From Octopus sinensis (Eukaryota), in contig NC_043007.1 in assembly GCF_006345805.1 (NCBI RefSeq), positions 50,282,001-50,346,000 on the forward strand: a stretch of DNA of 64,000 bases. The letters run 5' to 3'. The notes beneath the pieces are model-generated. The model made no database searches. It was not told the DNA's origin and worked only from the letters and a program-made list of their open reading frames with translations. Shown piece after piece: positions 1 through 10,442 of the stretch. Position 1 is the stretch's first letter. Every line of letters begins with the position of its first letter. A program made the position numbers and the translations under genes.

Positions 1-894
1 TAGATAGATAGATAGATAGATATTCATATACGTCTCTATTCTGTAATATATAGGTTGGCGTTGTGATTATAGTGTTATTTCTAGAGATGGTGATGGAGCT
101 GTTGGTTGTGGTGTTGGTAGTGATTGAATCGAGTATGATTCTGATGCTGGTGGCGGTAGCAAGGTGTTGGTAATGTTTGCTTTTGAGGTGTTTGTTGTGG
201 TGTTAGTATTGGTAGTGGTATTGGTAATGGAGGTGATTATTGTAACGGTGGTGTTGGTGCTAGCGGCTACATTTGTGCTGCTTTTATCATTTATGTCTAA
301 CACTGTGTCATTTATGGCCGACCAGGCCTATTTTCGATGATATTCCACGTGACCACCCCGACATTATATTTCTGTCACATTGTATTTAGCTCTAATTCTT
401 TTGTTAAGACACTAGAGTATAATTTGAACTGCCTTTAGTTATTATTTTTAGCAGATCGTGGGACCATGCAGATAGATACGCCTCTCATTTCCCCAATTTG
501 TTAATTAAATATTTCAATGATGGTAATTGCTGATAATAGTGACATAGCGATTGCTTTCATCCCATGCTGACACTGGATGCGCAGTTGCTGGTTTCTCACA
601 TGTCACATGTCACAATTAATCTATCTCAAGAGATCTGTTAGGATAAAAAGTGCACCATAATAGCATTTACACTATACCAGTGTGTATGTGTGTATATATA
701 TATATATTAGTAGAGCGTATCGACTCCAGTACATTTTTATAAAGTCTGGTACTTATTTCCTCCTTCTCTTTTGCCGAATCACAAAGTTATTGAGACATAA
801 ACAAAGCAGAATCAGATATTAAGCAGTGGTGGGTGACAAACACAGACATACGGGTGCTCGCGCATATATATAATATTCTTTTCTTCTTTTCTTT

Positions 895-1315
895 TATTCC
901 GTTATTTGTTTCAGCCATTTGGCTGCGACCATGCTAGAGCATCGCCCTTAGTCGAGCAAATTGCCAACAGGACTTATTGTTTGCAAGCCTAGTACCTATT
1001 CTATCGGTCTCTTTTGATGAACCGTTAGATTACGGAACGTAAACACATTAGCATCTGTTGTCAAGCGATGTTGGTGGTGGGGAGCAAACACAGACACAAA
1101 CATATAAACACACACACATACATTATCCCTTTCTTGTATCACCTGTCTGGATGTTTTGCTTTCTTGTCCCATTTTGTATTATATATATATACACACACGA
1201 CGGGCTCCCTTTAGTTTCCGTCTACCAAATCCACTCACAAGTCATTGGTCGGGCCGAGTCTATATGGAAGATACTTGCCCAAGGTGTCACGCATTGGAAC
1301 TGAACCCGACACACA
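895..1315 (-). mobile_element. tRNA-derived SINE family S1 (head + internal microsatellite + tail)
   Basis: Head (gacgggct...tttccgtctaccaaatccactcacaag...ttgcccaaggtg...actgaaccc) and tail (gtttcagcc...gcgaccatgct...ctatcggtctctttt) match about 10 other copies in the window. A further tail fragment lies at ~715-850. Confidence 0.85.
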
Positions 1316-1333
1316 CGCACACGGACACCTACA

Positions 1334-1334
<1 letters not shown>

Positions 1335-1417
<83 letters not shown>

Positions 1418-1445
1418 AATCAATCAATCTGTCTATCTATCTATA
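1335..1445. repeat. (TCTA)n microsatellite followed by (GA)n
   Basis: Read directly. Confidence 0.98.
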
Positions 1446-1492
1446 TGTATATGTGTGTGCGAACGCACACACATATAGATAAATAGATAGAC

Positions 1493-1526
<34 letters not shown>

Positions 1527-1632
1527 CGAGAGAGAGAGAGGGGGAGAGAATGAGAGATAGTAGGGGTATCGAAGGGAAATGTATTCCATACAATGAGTTC
1601 GAATCAGCATAAAACATCGAAAAGATATTCAT

Positions 1633-1973
1633 TCATTCAAAATATAGTCGCCATCGTCAACAATACCATTTTCATCATCTCGGAATGAGTTTTGTGTTTC
1701 CGCAGGCCAAAAAATCAGATTCTTTTGAAGATAAACGTGTCTAGAGTGTCATTTCGACATCGTCCAGCGTTCTGAATGTTTTTTTTCTTTTCTTTCGTTT
1801 TAATTTTTTTCTTTGATTTTGGTAAAGTGTGCAAGTGACCTGACAGAAAGAAACGATATCTGAAAAAAATAAAGATTAATAAAAAACAGTAAAACATTTG
1901 CTACATGCCTAACGTTACTAGCAGTATGGGTGCAGGATAAAAAACTGAGGGGTGATTTTTCTGCCGCACCCTG
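1633..1973 (-). mobile_element. Internally deleted mariner-like relic
   Basis: The minus strand gives frameshifted ...DF..CG..KLIPR**K / GIVDDGDYILNE*, resembling the mariner C-terminus (F..GI.KL..RW..V...GDY). A TA|CAGGGTGCGGCAGAAAA TIR-like end lies at 1973. Confidence 0.5.
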
Positions 1974-1978
1974 TATAT

Positions 1979-2315
1979 CAGTGGTTCTCAACCGGGATCC
2001 ATATGGCCCCTGAGAATCCATATAAGATATTTGAGGTTCCACACATCGAAATAGTAAGTTGGAAATCCGCAATACTATTTTAAGGGCCTCTGAAAAAATT
2101 TTGCTTTAGATGTATGTATTGCAAGAAACAGCTAGATTTCTTTCCCTAACACTATACATAGTTCAACCTACACAAGTTAACGTGCGAAAACAAATAGGAA
2201 TCTTGAAAGAAATTTCTATAAAATTAGTTTTTAAACATCGAATTGCTATGGAGGTCCACCAGAATGAAATAATAATCAAAGGGTCCCATAGATAAAAAAT
2301 GGTTGAGAACTCCTG
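1979..2315. mobile_element. hAT (Charlie-like) MITE, 337 bp
   Basis: TIRs CAGTGGTTCTCAACC (1979-1993) and GGTTGAGAACTCCTG (2301-2315), 13/15 match. Identical 8-bp TSD CTGTATAT at 1971-1978 and 2316-2323. Confidence 0.92.
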
Positions 2316-2541
2316 CTGTATATTCATATGTATGTGATAACGAAATCAACGTCCTATCTTTCTGCCTACCTTGGTATGCCGACACCGAATTGACAGGTTT
2401 GTTAGAATGTGTATAAAATGTTAGCCAGTAATCTTACCGGCTCCCCGCATGCTTAATTCAAGTTTTGATTTGATAAACTTCGTCTGTCATAGATGAGAGG
2501 TGGAGTAATGGATCACCAGTTCATTTCTATTATATCTATAT

Positions 2542-2984
2542 ATCTATAAATAGAAATATTATTATTTCTAAATCTCCCAAAGAGAGACATTCAGTAATTG
2601 TTCTTTAAAGTAAAGGCTATTTGCCAACATAATGTTGCTGTCCTGAAAGGGACAATGTTACTGTTCTTTTAGCCTCAAAAAACATCGTTTCTAGCTGGCT
2701 ATACTACACACTATTGTGTCCTTATAGTTTCAAACAGGGAGTTAAGCACTCCTACCTAGCGCAAAACAACATCTGTGGACTAGTTTCTGGGTCATTGCTC
2801 TTTATCAACACGGAGTAGCTACTTTGCCAAATGGCTGATTTCACCGTTCGAATATATAGTTTTCAAATTGATACACAGTTACTGATCTAAAAATAGAAAT
2901 ATTATTATTTCTAAATATCTCAAAGAGATATTCGGTAACAATTCATTAAAGTAAAGGCTATTTGCCAACATAATGTGGCTGTCC
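2542..2984 (-). repeat. Partial tandem unit (period 343 bp, ~1.3 copies) containing an HHR-like motif; retrozyme- or PLE-pLTR-like
   Basis: A ~100-bp direct repeat at 2542-2643 and 2885-2984 flanks the HHR-like motif at 2772-2814. Confidence 0.65.
2772..2814 (-). ncRNA. Minimal type-I hammerhead-like motif, U3-A8 core variant
   Basis: Minus strand: uccgug UUGAUAA agagcaaugaccca GAAA CUAG UC cacaga. Stem I 5/6 bp, palindromic stem III ACUAGU, GUC triplet, stem II degenerate. Confidence 0.55.
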
Positions 2985-3482
2985 AACTTGTTTCAGCCGT
3001 AGAACTGCGAGCATGCTAGGGTACCACCTTGAAGGATTTAGTCGAACAAATCTATCCCATTACTTATTCTGTTTTAAAACCTGGTACTTATTCTATCGGG
3101 TTCGTTTGCCAACTGCTATGCTACTAGGACGCAAACAAATATCACCGGATATCAAAAAGCGGTGGCGTGCAAGTACAAACACAAAGACACACACACAGAT
3201 ACACACACAAACTCATACACACATAGATACACACAAATACATACACACACACACTTTCACAAGCACACGCACAAATACACAAACACATTCACATGCACAT
3301 AAACACACACACACACACATCTATATCTGACAGACATCTTTGAGTTTCTGTATGCTGTCCAGTAATAACACTTTGGTGGAACCGGGACTTTTGCAGAAGA
3401 CACATGCCCAAGGTTTAACACAGAGGATCCAAACACAGAACTATGTGGTTGGGAATCAAACTTTTTACTACAAAGCCACACA
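2985..3482 (-). mobile_element. SINE S1 copy
   Basis: Tail 2990-3190, CA-rich microsatellite, head 3330-3482. Confidence 0.8.
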
Positions 3483-3945
3483 GTTGTATTTTATATGGTG
3501 ATCCTAACTTATTCTGTGTTGGTGGTCTTTATAATACTTATGACTCCTTTATTCTTATGAGACCCTCTATAAACAGATGGCTGTACTTATTACATTAATT
3601 TTTTTCATTGTGTCTTTTTAGTATTTGCAAATTTTTCTATAAATTTTCCTGCCCTGTTCATTTCTGTCACATTTTTTCTTTTTCCTATTTTTATCGTTTA
3701 ATGATATTACTATTTATTTATTTATTTATCATCCTTTCTTTCGTAACATTTTCTTATGAATGTCTTGACTTCTCTGGTCACAAGATAACTAAAACAATTT
3801 TTTTGCCATGTGGTCTCCATCTGTCTGCCTGTCTGTCAGTCTTACTTTCTCTCTCTCTCTCTCTCTTCAGACAATCAATGATAAAAATCACATTCTACGG
3901 TTTTTAATTTCATTCCCCAAATACATTCTCCTACTCTCTCCCTCT

Positions 3946-3976
<31 letters not shown>

Positions 3977-4334
3977 ACTAATTCACCTACTTTCACTTTC
4001 TGTATTCCACCCCCTTTCTCTCTCGGTCTATACATGTCTCTCTATCTGTATCTGTTGAGTCTATTTCCCAACACCACCTCAGCCAACGTTAAAATGGCTG
4101 CCAAGAAATCGTGTTCAATCAAACATCCTCTGGGATTTTACACAACAACTTGGAGCACAGCTCTCTACACGTCACTTACATATTGTGAATATTCAACAGA
4201 CATCCCCACATACACGTATGTATAAACTTTGTGTGTCTAACTTTGAACATGATATAAAAATATGTGTATATTATGTATATGTTTATATTCTAACTCCCTA
4301 ATACACAAGTATATATGTACACACACACACACAT

Positions 4335-4379
<45 letters not shown>

Positions 4380-4483
4380 CACTATACTTGTCACTAAATG
4401 TGACTAAGGGTGTTAGAGCATCTACATTACCAGAAATAAGAGTAAAGATGCTCTAATGTAGTTTAAGCATATATTTGTATACA

Positions 4484-4884
4484 TAGGAGTGGCTGTGTGG
4501 TAAGTAGCTTGTTTACCAACCACATTGTTCCGGGTTCAGTCCTACTGCGTGGTACCTTGGGCACGTGTCTTCTACTATAGCCTCGGGCCGACCAAAGCCT
4601 TGTGAGTGGATTTGGTATACGGAAACTGAAAGAAGCCCGTCGTATATATGAATATATATATATATGCGTGTGTGTGTTTGTGTGTCTATGTTTGTCCGCC
4701 TAGCATTGCTTGACAACTGATGCTGGTGTGCTTATGTCCCCGTTACTTAGCGGTTCGGTAAAAGAGACCGATAGAATAAGTACTGGGCTTACAAAAGAAT
4801 AAGTCCCGGGGTCGAGTTGCTCGATTAAAGGCGGTGTTCCAGCATGGCCGCAGTCAAATGACTAAAACAAGTAAAAAAAAAGAG
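4484..4884 (+). mobile_element. SINE S1 full-length copy
   Basis: Pol III A-box-like TGGCTGTGTGG and B-box-like GGGTTCAGTCC, body, internal (TA)n/(TG)n, tail ending gaaacaagtaaaa-like. Confidence 0.9.
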
Positions 4885-5145
4885 TAATATATACTAAAAG
4901 AGACTGTAAACACCCGGAAACACCAGTCGGCTATTTCGGTTATTTCCGAAATTGACCGAAGCGCATAAATTACGGGTACATAAACACACAAACACGGGTA
5001 ACATGGAAGTAAACACAGGCACAATAATTCACACATACACACACATGCACATACATATCCGTATCTAAATAATTTATCAAAATGTATATATATATATATA
5101 TATTTAAAAAAGGAGATGTGGAACACGAGTTGTGATATATAAAAA

Positions 5146-5457
5146 AAGGAAATGAAGAAAATGCTGACAAAATAATTTAAGTAAGGGAGAGTGTATTTAA
5201 TTAGGTGAAAGTTCTTTTTACCGGTTGCGCATTTTTTATGCTTATCAAAAGATATTTTTTAAGAGAGATAGAGTTCCTTTCTGATAGATTTTTTTCTCTT
5301 ATCAGATAAGAGAAAAAATATATCAGAAAGGAACTCTATCTCTCTTAAAAAATATCTTTTGATAAGCATAACAAATGCGCAAGCGGTAAAAAGAACTTTC
5401 ACCTAATTAAATACACTCTCCCTTACTTAAATTATTTTGTCAGCATTTTCTTCATTT

Positions 5458-5461
<4 letters not shown>
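5146..5461. repeat. 316-bp near-perfect palindrome (158/157-bp arms, 1-nt centre at 5304)
   Basis: Arm-by-arm comparison shows 3 substitutions and 1 indel. The right end abuts (TA)n. Confidence 0.97.
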
Positions 5462-5530
<69 letters not shown>

Positions 5531-5531
<1 letters not shown>

Positions 5532-5690
5532 GACGGGCTTTTTCAGTTTCTGTTTGTCAAATTCACTCATTGTGCTTTTGTCGGCACGAGGCTGAAGTAG
5601 AGGACACATGCCAAGGTGCAATGCAGTGGGACTGAACCTGGAACCACGTGGCTGGGAAGCAAGTTTTTTATACCACACAGCCACACCTTC
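5531..5690 (-). mobile_element. SINE S1 head
   Basis: Matches the S1 head in reverse orientation. Confidence 0.8.
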
Positions 5691-5718
5691 GTTTATATGT
5701 GTGTGTATATATATATAC

Positions 5719-5802
<84 letters not shown>

Positions 5803-5824
5803 TAATTGTTATAATATAGATATT

Positions 5825-6410
5825 TGATATTTAGTAGACATACCCTGTGCATTTTTCAATGCAAGGACCCTATTAGGCATGTTCCTGGTGAGATGAATAT
5901 TCTTTTGGGGAATTTATTGCCAAGCTTCATGCAATAATCTCAAAAAGTCTGTCTTTGAAGATAGTGTCCTGTCCCTCATGTCCAAGAAGTGTTCAATAGG
6001 GTTCATATCTGGTGACTGGCTTGACTGACGACGGCTACTATTTCTCCCTAGGCCATCACAGAAAAGCTGCCATATTTCATTGATGGTTGCAATCTTTCCA
6101 CATCAATTCTTGACTACAGAATCTCCAGACCCACACACGACTACCGTCAGGAAATACAGCAAATTTGGACTCATCAGAGAATATGACAGTGTCCCCAAAT
6201 GCTAGTGATCTCTCCACCATCTCACTCACCCAATCTTTTCTCCGCTTGATTTTGGCTGGTCGAAGAAGTGGCTTCCTTCTTGCTGCTCTGCCATAGTAAC
6301 GAAGTTTGTGGAGGTACCTGACAGCTGTTCTGGCACTGGCATCAACTTGTTCTGTTATGTCAGAGGCCTTGCAAGGAGGATTATCCTCCACACTTCTCTT
6401 AAAGAGAAGG
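5825..6410 (-). pseudogene. Tc1-family transposase relic (internally deleted)
   Basis: ORF 6077-6391 has GRAARRKPLL and VIFSDESKF. A downstream frame has SQSPDMNPIEH and GMSTKY. The segment carrying the second D is deleted. Confidence 0.92.
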
Positions 6411-6477
6411 GTCCTGTCAGAGGGACCTGGTTGATCTGGGCGAGGTGATATAAAGTAACGGTCGCGTACTGTGTCGC

Positions 6478-6544
6478 GTAAGACATTCTATCTAGAAATA
6501 TTCTGAAATGTTTACAGCCTTGGATTTTTATCTCATTCTGTTAA

Positions 6545-6548
<4 letters not shown>
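6478..6548 (+). mobile_element. 3' terminal fragment of PLE family A
   Basis: gtaagacattctatctagaaatattctgaaat...tctcattctgttaa matches 9558-9624 and the reverse complement of 7740-7809. It abuts (TA)n. Confidence 0.8.
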
Positions 6549-6628
<80 letters not shown>

Positions 6629-6630
6629 TA

Positions 6631-7638
6631 CGGGGAAAAATCAAATTTAGGATTGAATCCAATTTTATAGTAAAAAATTATATTATATTAAATTAGAGAT
6701 AAAACTACTATATTATTAGATATTAAATTGAAGTTTATTCGTAAGATACTTTTTAGTGATATATTTATTATTTGATAGCAAGCATACTAGGTGTATTAAG
6801 TTAGGCTTTTGTATATACATGTTTTAATAGTATTAATTGTAGTTTTAAATTTCTAATTAAATTAGATAAACTTTGATAAACTTTAGATATGTTTCGACTA
6901 AAGATTGGTCTAGGCCATGTCTAATTTAATAGCATACCTTAGTTATTTCTTTAAATTTATATTAGATAATTATTCCCAATCATAATTATATCTATAGTAC
7001 TTATAGTAATTATTCGATACTATATTACTAAGAATTGATTATTTCTAAAAGTATTTTACATAAGATTTCTGAAAGTCCGTTTAAGTTAGTTTATTTGTAT
7101 TTTGAAATTAGCTAGTTCATCTTTAAATATGAAAAATTAAATTTATTAGGTTTTTATTATATACAATTATGTATAGAGATTATTTTAGATCTTGATTATA
7201 ATATTTATATATAAATTTTCATTGATAATTTATATATATTAGTCATTTTAAATATTTATGTAATTAGATATAGACTAATATTGATATTAGATTATGGGTT
7301 ATAAATTAAAATTATAAATTAAAATTAATATTTAACATTATAGTCGATTTGGATATAATCATATTTGATAATAGAGTTTATTATAAGTAAAATGATTATA
7401 TTATATATATTATTTATATCTTAAAAATATTGATTATATTAGATATTTAAACCACCTGATGAATGACTGTAACTCGAAAATTTAAAGAAATTAACAGCCA
7501 TGAAACGATCGTAGTGTTATATTAATTATATTTTTTAATAATTTTGTTATATATTTAAATAATATAAATTAAATAATCTTATGTATTGGTTTAAGTTTTT
7601 CATTGTATGATTTGCCTAATAGTGGTTTTATCTCTAAT

Positions 7639-7650
<12 letters not shown>
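6631..7650 (+). mobile_element. Extremely AT-rich PLE-like element (family B) with inverted terminal copy and HHR
   Basis: 27-bp inverted repeat at 6685-6711 and 7619-7645 (1 mismatch), canonical HHR at 7453-7516, (TA)n on both sides. A possible eroded GIY-YIG trace (ISESPFKL...FKYEK) lies near 7060-7140. Confidence 0.6.
7453..7516 (+). ncRNA. Type-I hammerhead ribozyme (canonical core)
   Basis: cac CUGAUGA augacugu [loop] acagccau GAAA CGAUCG UA gug. Stem II 7/8 bp, palindromic stem III, GUA triplet. Confidence 0.75.
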
Positions 7651-7729
<79 letters not shown>

Positions 7730-7802
7730 TATATATCACTTAACAGAATGAGACAAAAAGCCAAGGCTGTTGTAGAGATTTCAGAACATTTATAAATAGA
7801 AG

Positions 7803-7850
7803 GTCTTACAGCTGTTTCCGGGATACTTTATATATCCCTTCATCGGAGAC
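7803..7850 (-). ncRNA. Type-I hammerhead-like motif, CCGAUGA core
   Basis: gucu CCGAUGA a gggaua uauaaag uauccc g GAAA CAGCUG UA agac. Confidence 0.7.
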
Positions 7851-8530
7851 GGTGTGAGAAGATGGTTAAGCAATAGTTATTCTAGATAAGATATGAAATA
7901 GGGAGAGAAGTGGAGGAATGAAAATAGACGTGAGATATGCAGGGATATTGCATCTTCAGTTCCATTATTTAGGCAGAATGGTATACATATAATATTCAGG
8001 TACCTTGTGATTAAGTTCCAATGGTATTTAAAATTGGCCATTCCAAGCATAGAGCTTGTAAACGGTGTTATTGAATTGAGGGTTTTTGAAGTGACTTAAA
8101 AGTTGGGAATGTGTTTGCATGGTCACACCAAAAACAGGAAGAGAAGAAAATAGAAAGGAAAAAAAGAAAGGCAGAGAGAGAGATAATAGAGAAATGAAGA
8201 GAGGGAATGTGTACAGGTTAGTGGTCAATCAGGATAAATTGATAGAAGGAATGTGGAGGTGAGGGTAATAGAGAGAGAAAGATATGAATGTGTAAAGAGA
8301 TGAGAGTGTAAAGAGTAAAGGAGTGTCAGGTAGAAGGAATGGGGAGCTGAGGATTCTAGAGAGAGAAATATATGAGCGTATAAAAAAATGTGAAGGTGAG
8401 TAGTAATGAGTGTCGGGTATGTAGCGATAGAGCCTAAGTGAGGGGCAGAGTAGAGGTATTAAAATGGTGGAATGAAGAATTTGGGAATATAGGTTAGGTT
8501 ACTTACAGGTCAGTGCTTAATAGTAGGAGA

Positions 8531-8585
<55 letters not shown>

Positions 8586-8997
8586 AGTGTATACACTGTT
8601 ATTAAACATTATATAGATATATACATGCATACACATACAACACGTACTATATGATTTATATACACGATATAGCATATGTATGTATTACACATGCACACGT
8701 ATATATACTTGCATATATACTATATATATACTACGCGTACCATATATATATACGCACGCTCATATATACGTGCATATGTATGTATTATCACCCCTGCACA
8801 CGCAGGTATATATAGCTTGCATATATACACACACATAAACACACACATGTACACACACATACACACACACACACGTACATGCGTACGCACGCATATACAT
8901 ACAAATGCAATTAAATGATTGTGATATTCAAGTGTGAAAGAGGAATTAGATAGGGATTAGGAGTTAAAATGTAAATTTATAAGGTTATTGGGATTAC

Positions 8998-9492
8998 CTA
9001 AGGGGTATTATGTAAATATACTGTATGGTCATTTAGGCATTTAGATTTGTGGTAGTATTTGAATGAGTGAAAAAAGCGGTGGTTGCATGTGCTTAGTGCC
9101 TCATTATGTTTATTTAGCAGTGTTGGAGAATTGTGCTTTAATATGTGAAGCGCCTCCTTCAGGCAAAACTTGCAGGTTGAGCGTTGACCTCGGTAGGGAA
9201 GCCCTGAATCCGGTATGGACCATGACAAAGTATAGGGTATATTTGTATTTTTGAAATGATTTATGTGGTTGGCGAGTGTTGTAGATTTACTATGTTTATC
9301 GTATCTAAAAGAGTGGAGGTGAGCAGCATGTCGTTGCTTAAAATTTATGGTTGATTCTATGTATATGGCTGTAGAGTTGTGTAATAGATTAAGGACAGTA
9401 CGTTTGTAAATTACATTATATCTTCTGCAATGGATTTGTAACGGGCACATGGTTCCAGGACGGCAGTAACAATTAGGTGAATTTGGAGGATT
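8998..9492 (-). CDS. PLE GIY-YIG endonuclease domain (C-terminal ORF remnant)
   Basis: CYCR....CPL..HC linker, NVIY...YIESTINFKQRHAAHLHSF, CKFCLKEALHIL, LLNKHNEALSTCNH. Confidence 0.88.
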   Translation of the reverse strand, partial: NPPNSPNCYCRPGTMCPLQIHCRRYNVIYKRTVLNLLHNSTAIYIESTINFKQRHAAHLHSFRYDKHSKSTTLANHINHFKNTNIPYTLSWSIPDSGLPYRGQRSTCKFCLKEALHILKHNSPTLLNKHNEALSTCNHRFFHSFKYYHKSKCLNDHTVYLHNTP

Positions 9493-9755
9493 AACTTAGA
9501 GCCATATGCAAATCTATTTGTATATGGCTGTAGATATAAAATATCCCGGAAACAGCTGTAAGACCTTCTATTTATAAATGTTCTGAAATCTTTGCAGCCT
9601 TGGCTTTTTATCTCATTCTGTTAATTATTTTTTATATATACGCATGCTGATATATGACCTACGTTGGACTTCTCATTCGCATAATCACCGAACCTGGAGC
9701 TTAGCTATAGTCTGTACATATCACTTACTCTTCTTGACACCATTAACTCTCATAA

Positions 9756-9805
<50 letters not shown>

Positions 9806-9806
<1 letters not shown>

Positions 9807-10342
9807 ATAGGGAGAGTTTACGAAAAAACAAAAGACGAAGACAGGTGGTGTAAAAAACAAACAGATGTATTAGTATAACGCTCAGGAATAGAAAAAGTCC
9901 TTTACGTTTCGAGCCTACGCTCGTCTACAGAAAGGGACACAGAAAAAACAAGGAGAGAAAAAATGTGTGTAGTGGCTAACGATCTATCATGGCGACTGAC
10001 TCGGACAGAAGGGTCACACACGAGTAGGAAAGTAGGGGAGATAACAAAGTAAAGATGACCCCCAACACGAAGGTGGTTGTGTGTATAAGAGAGTATGTAT
10101 GTGCGTGTGAAAGAGAGCTGGTGGTCTGGACGTGTGCATGTATGTATGTGTAGGTGTGAAAATGTGGGGATGGGTGTGTGGGTGGTGTGTTGTGATGTGA
10201 TGTGTAATGTTGTATGGTGTAATGTTGTTGGGAGGTGAGGGAGGCGAGAGTGGGGAAAGCATAGGTGGGGTGTGGGCTCGGCTGAGGGTTGGGGTAGAGT
10301 TGGGGTTTGTAAGTAGGCAGAGGGTGGGGGGGTAGGGGTGGG
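9806..10342 (-). mobile_element. PLE family C 3' end (runs into gap)
   Basis: Homologous to 26364-27000. HHR-like motif at 9897-9938. Abuts (TA)n. Confidence 0.85.
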
Positions 10343-10442
10343 NNNNNNNNNNNNNNNNNNNNNNNNNNNNNNNNNNNNNNNNNNNNNNNNNNNNNNNNNN
10401 NNNNNNNNNNNNNNNNNNNNNNNNNNNNNNNNNNNNNNNNNN
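10343..10442. other. Assembly gap (100 N)
   Basis: Read directly. Confidence 1.

Larger units (their letters stand above)
7737..9624 (-). mobile_element. 5'-truncated Penelope-like element family A with inverted pLTR
   Basis: GIY-YIG ORF, long 3' UTR and an HHR. The terminal segment 7740-7836 is repeated inverted at 9533-9624. Confidence 0.92.
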
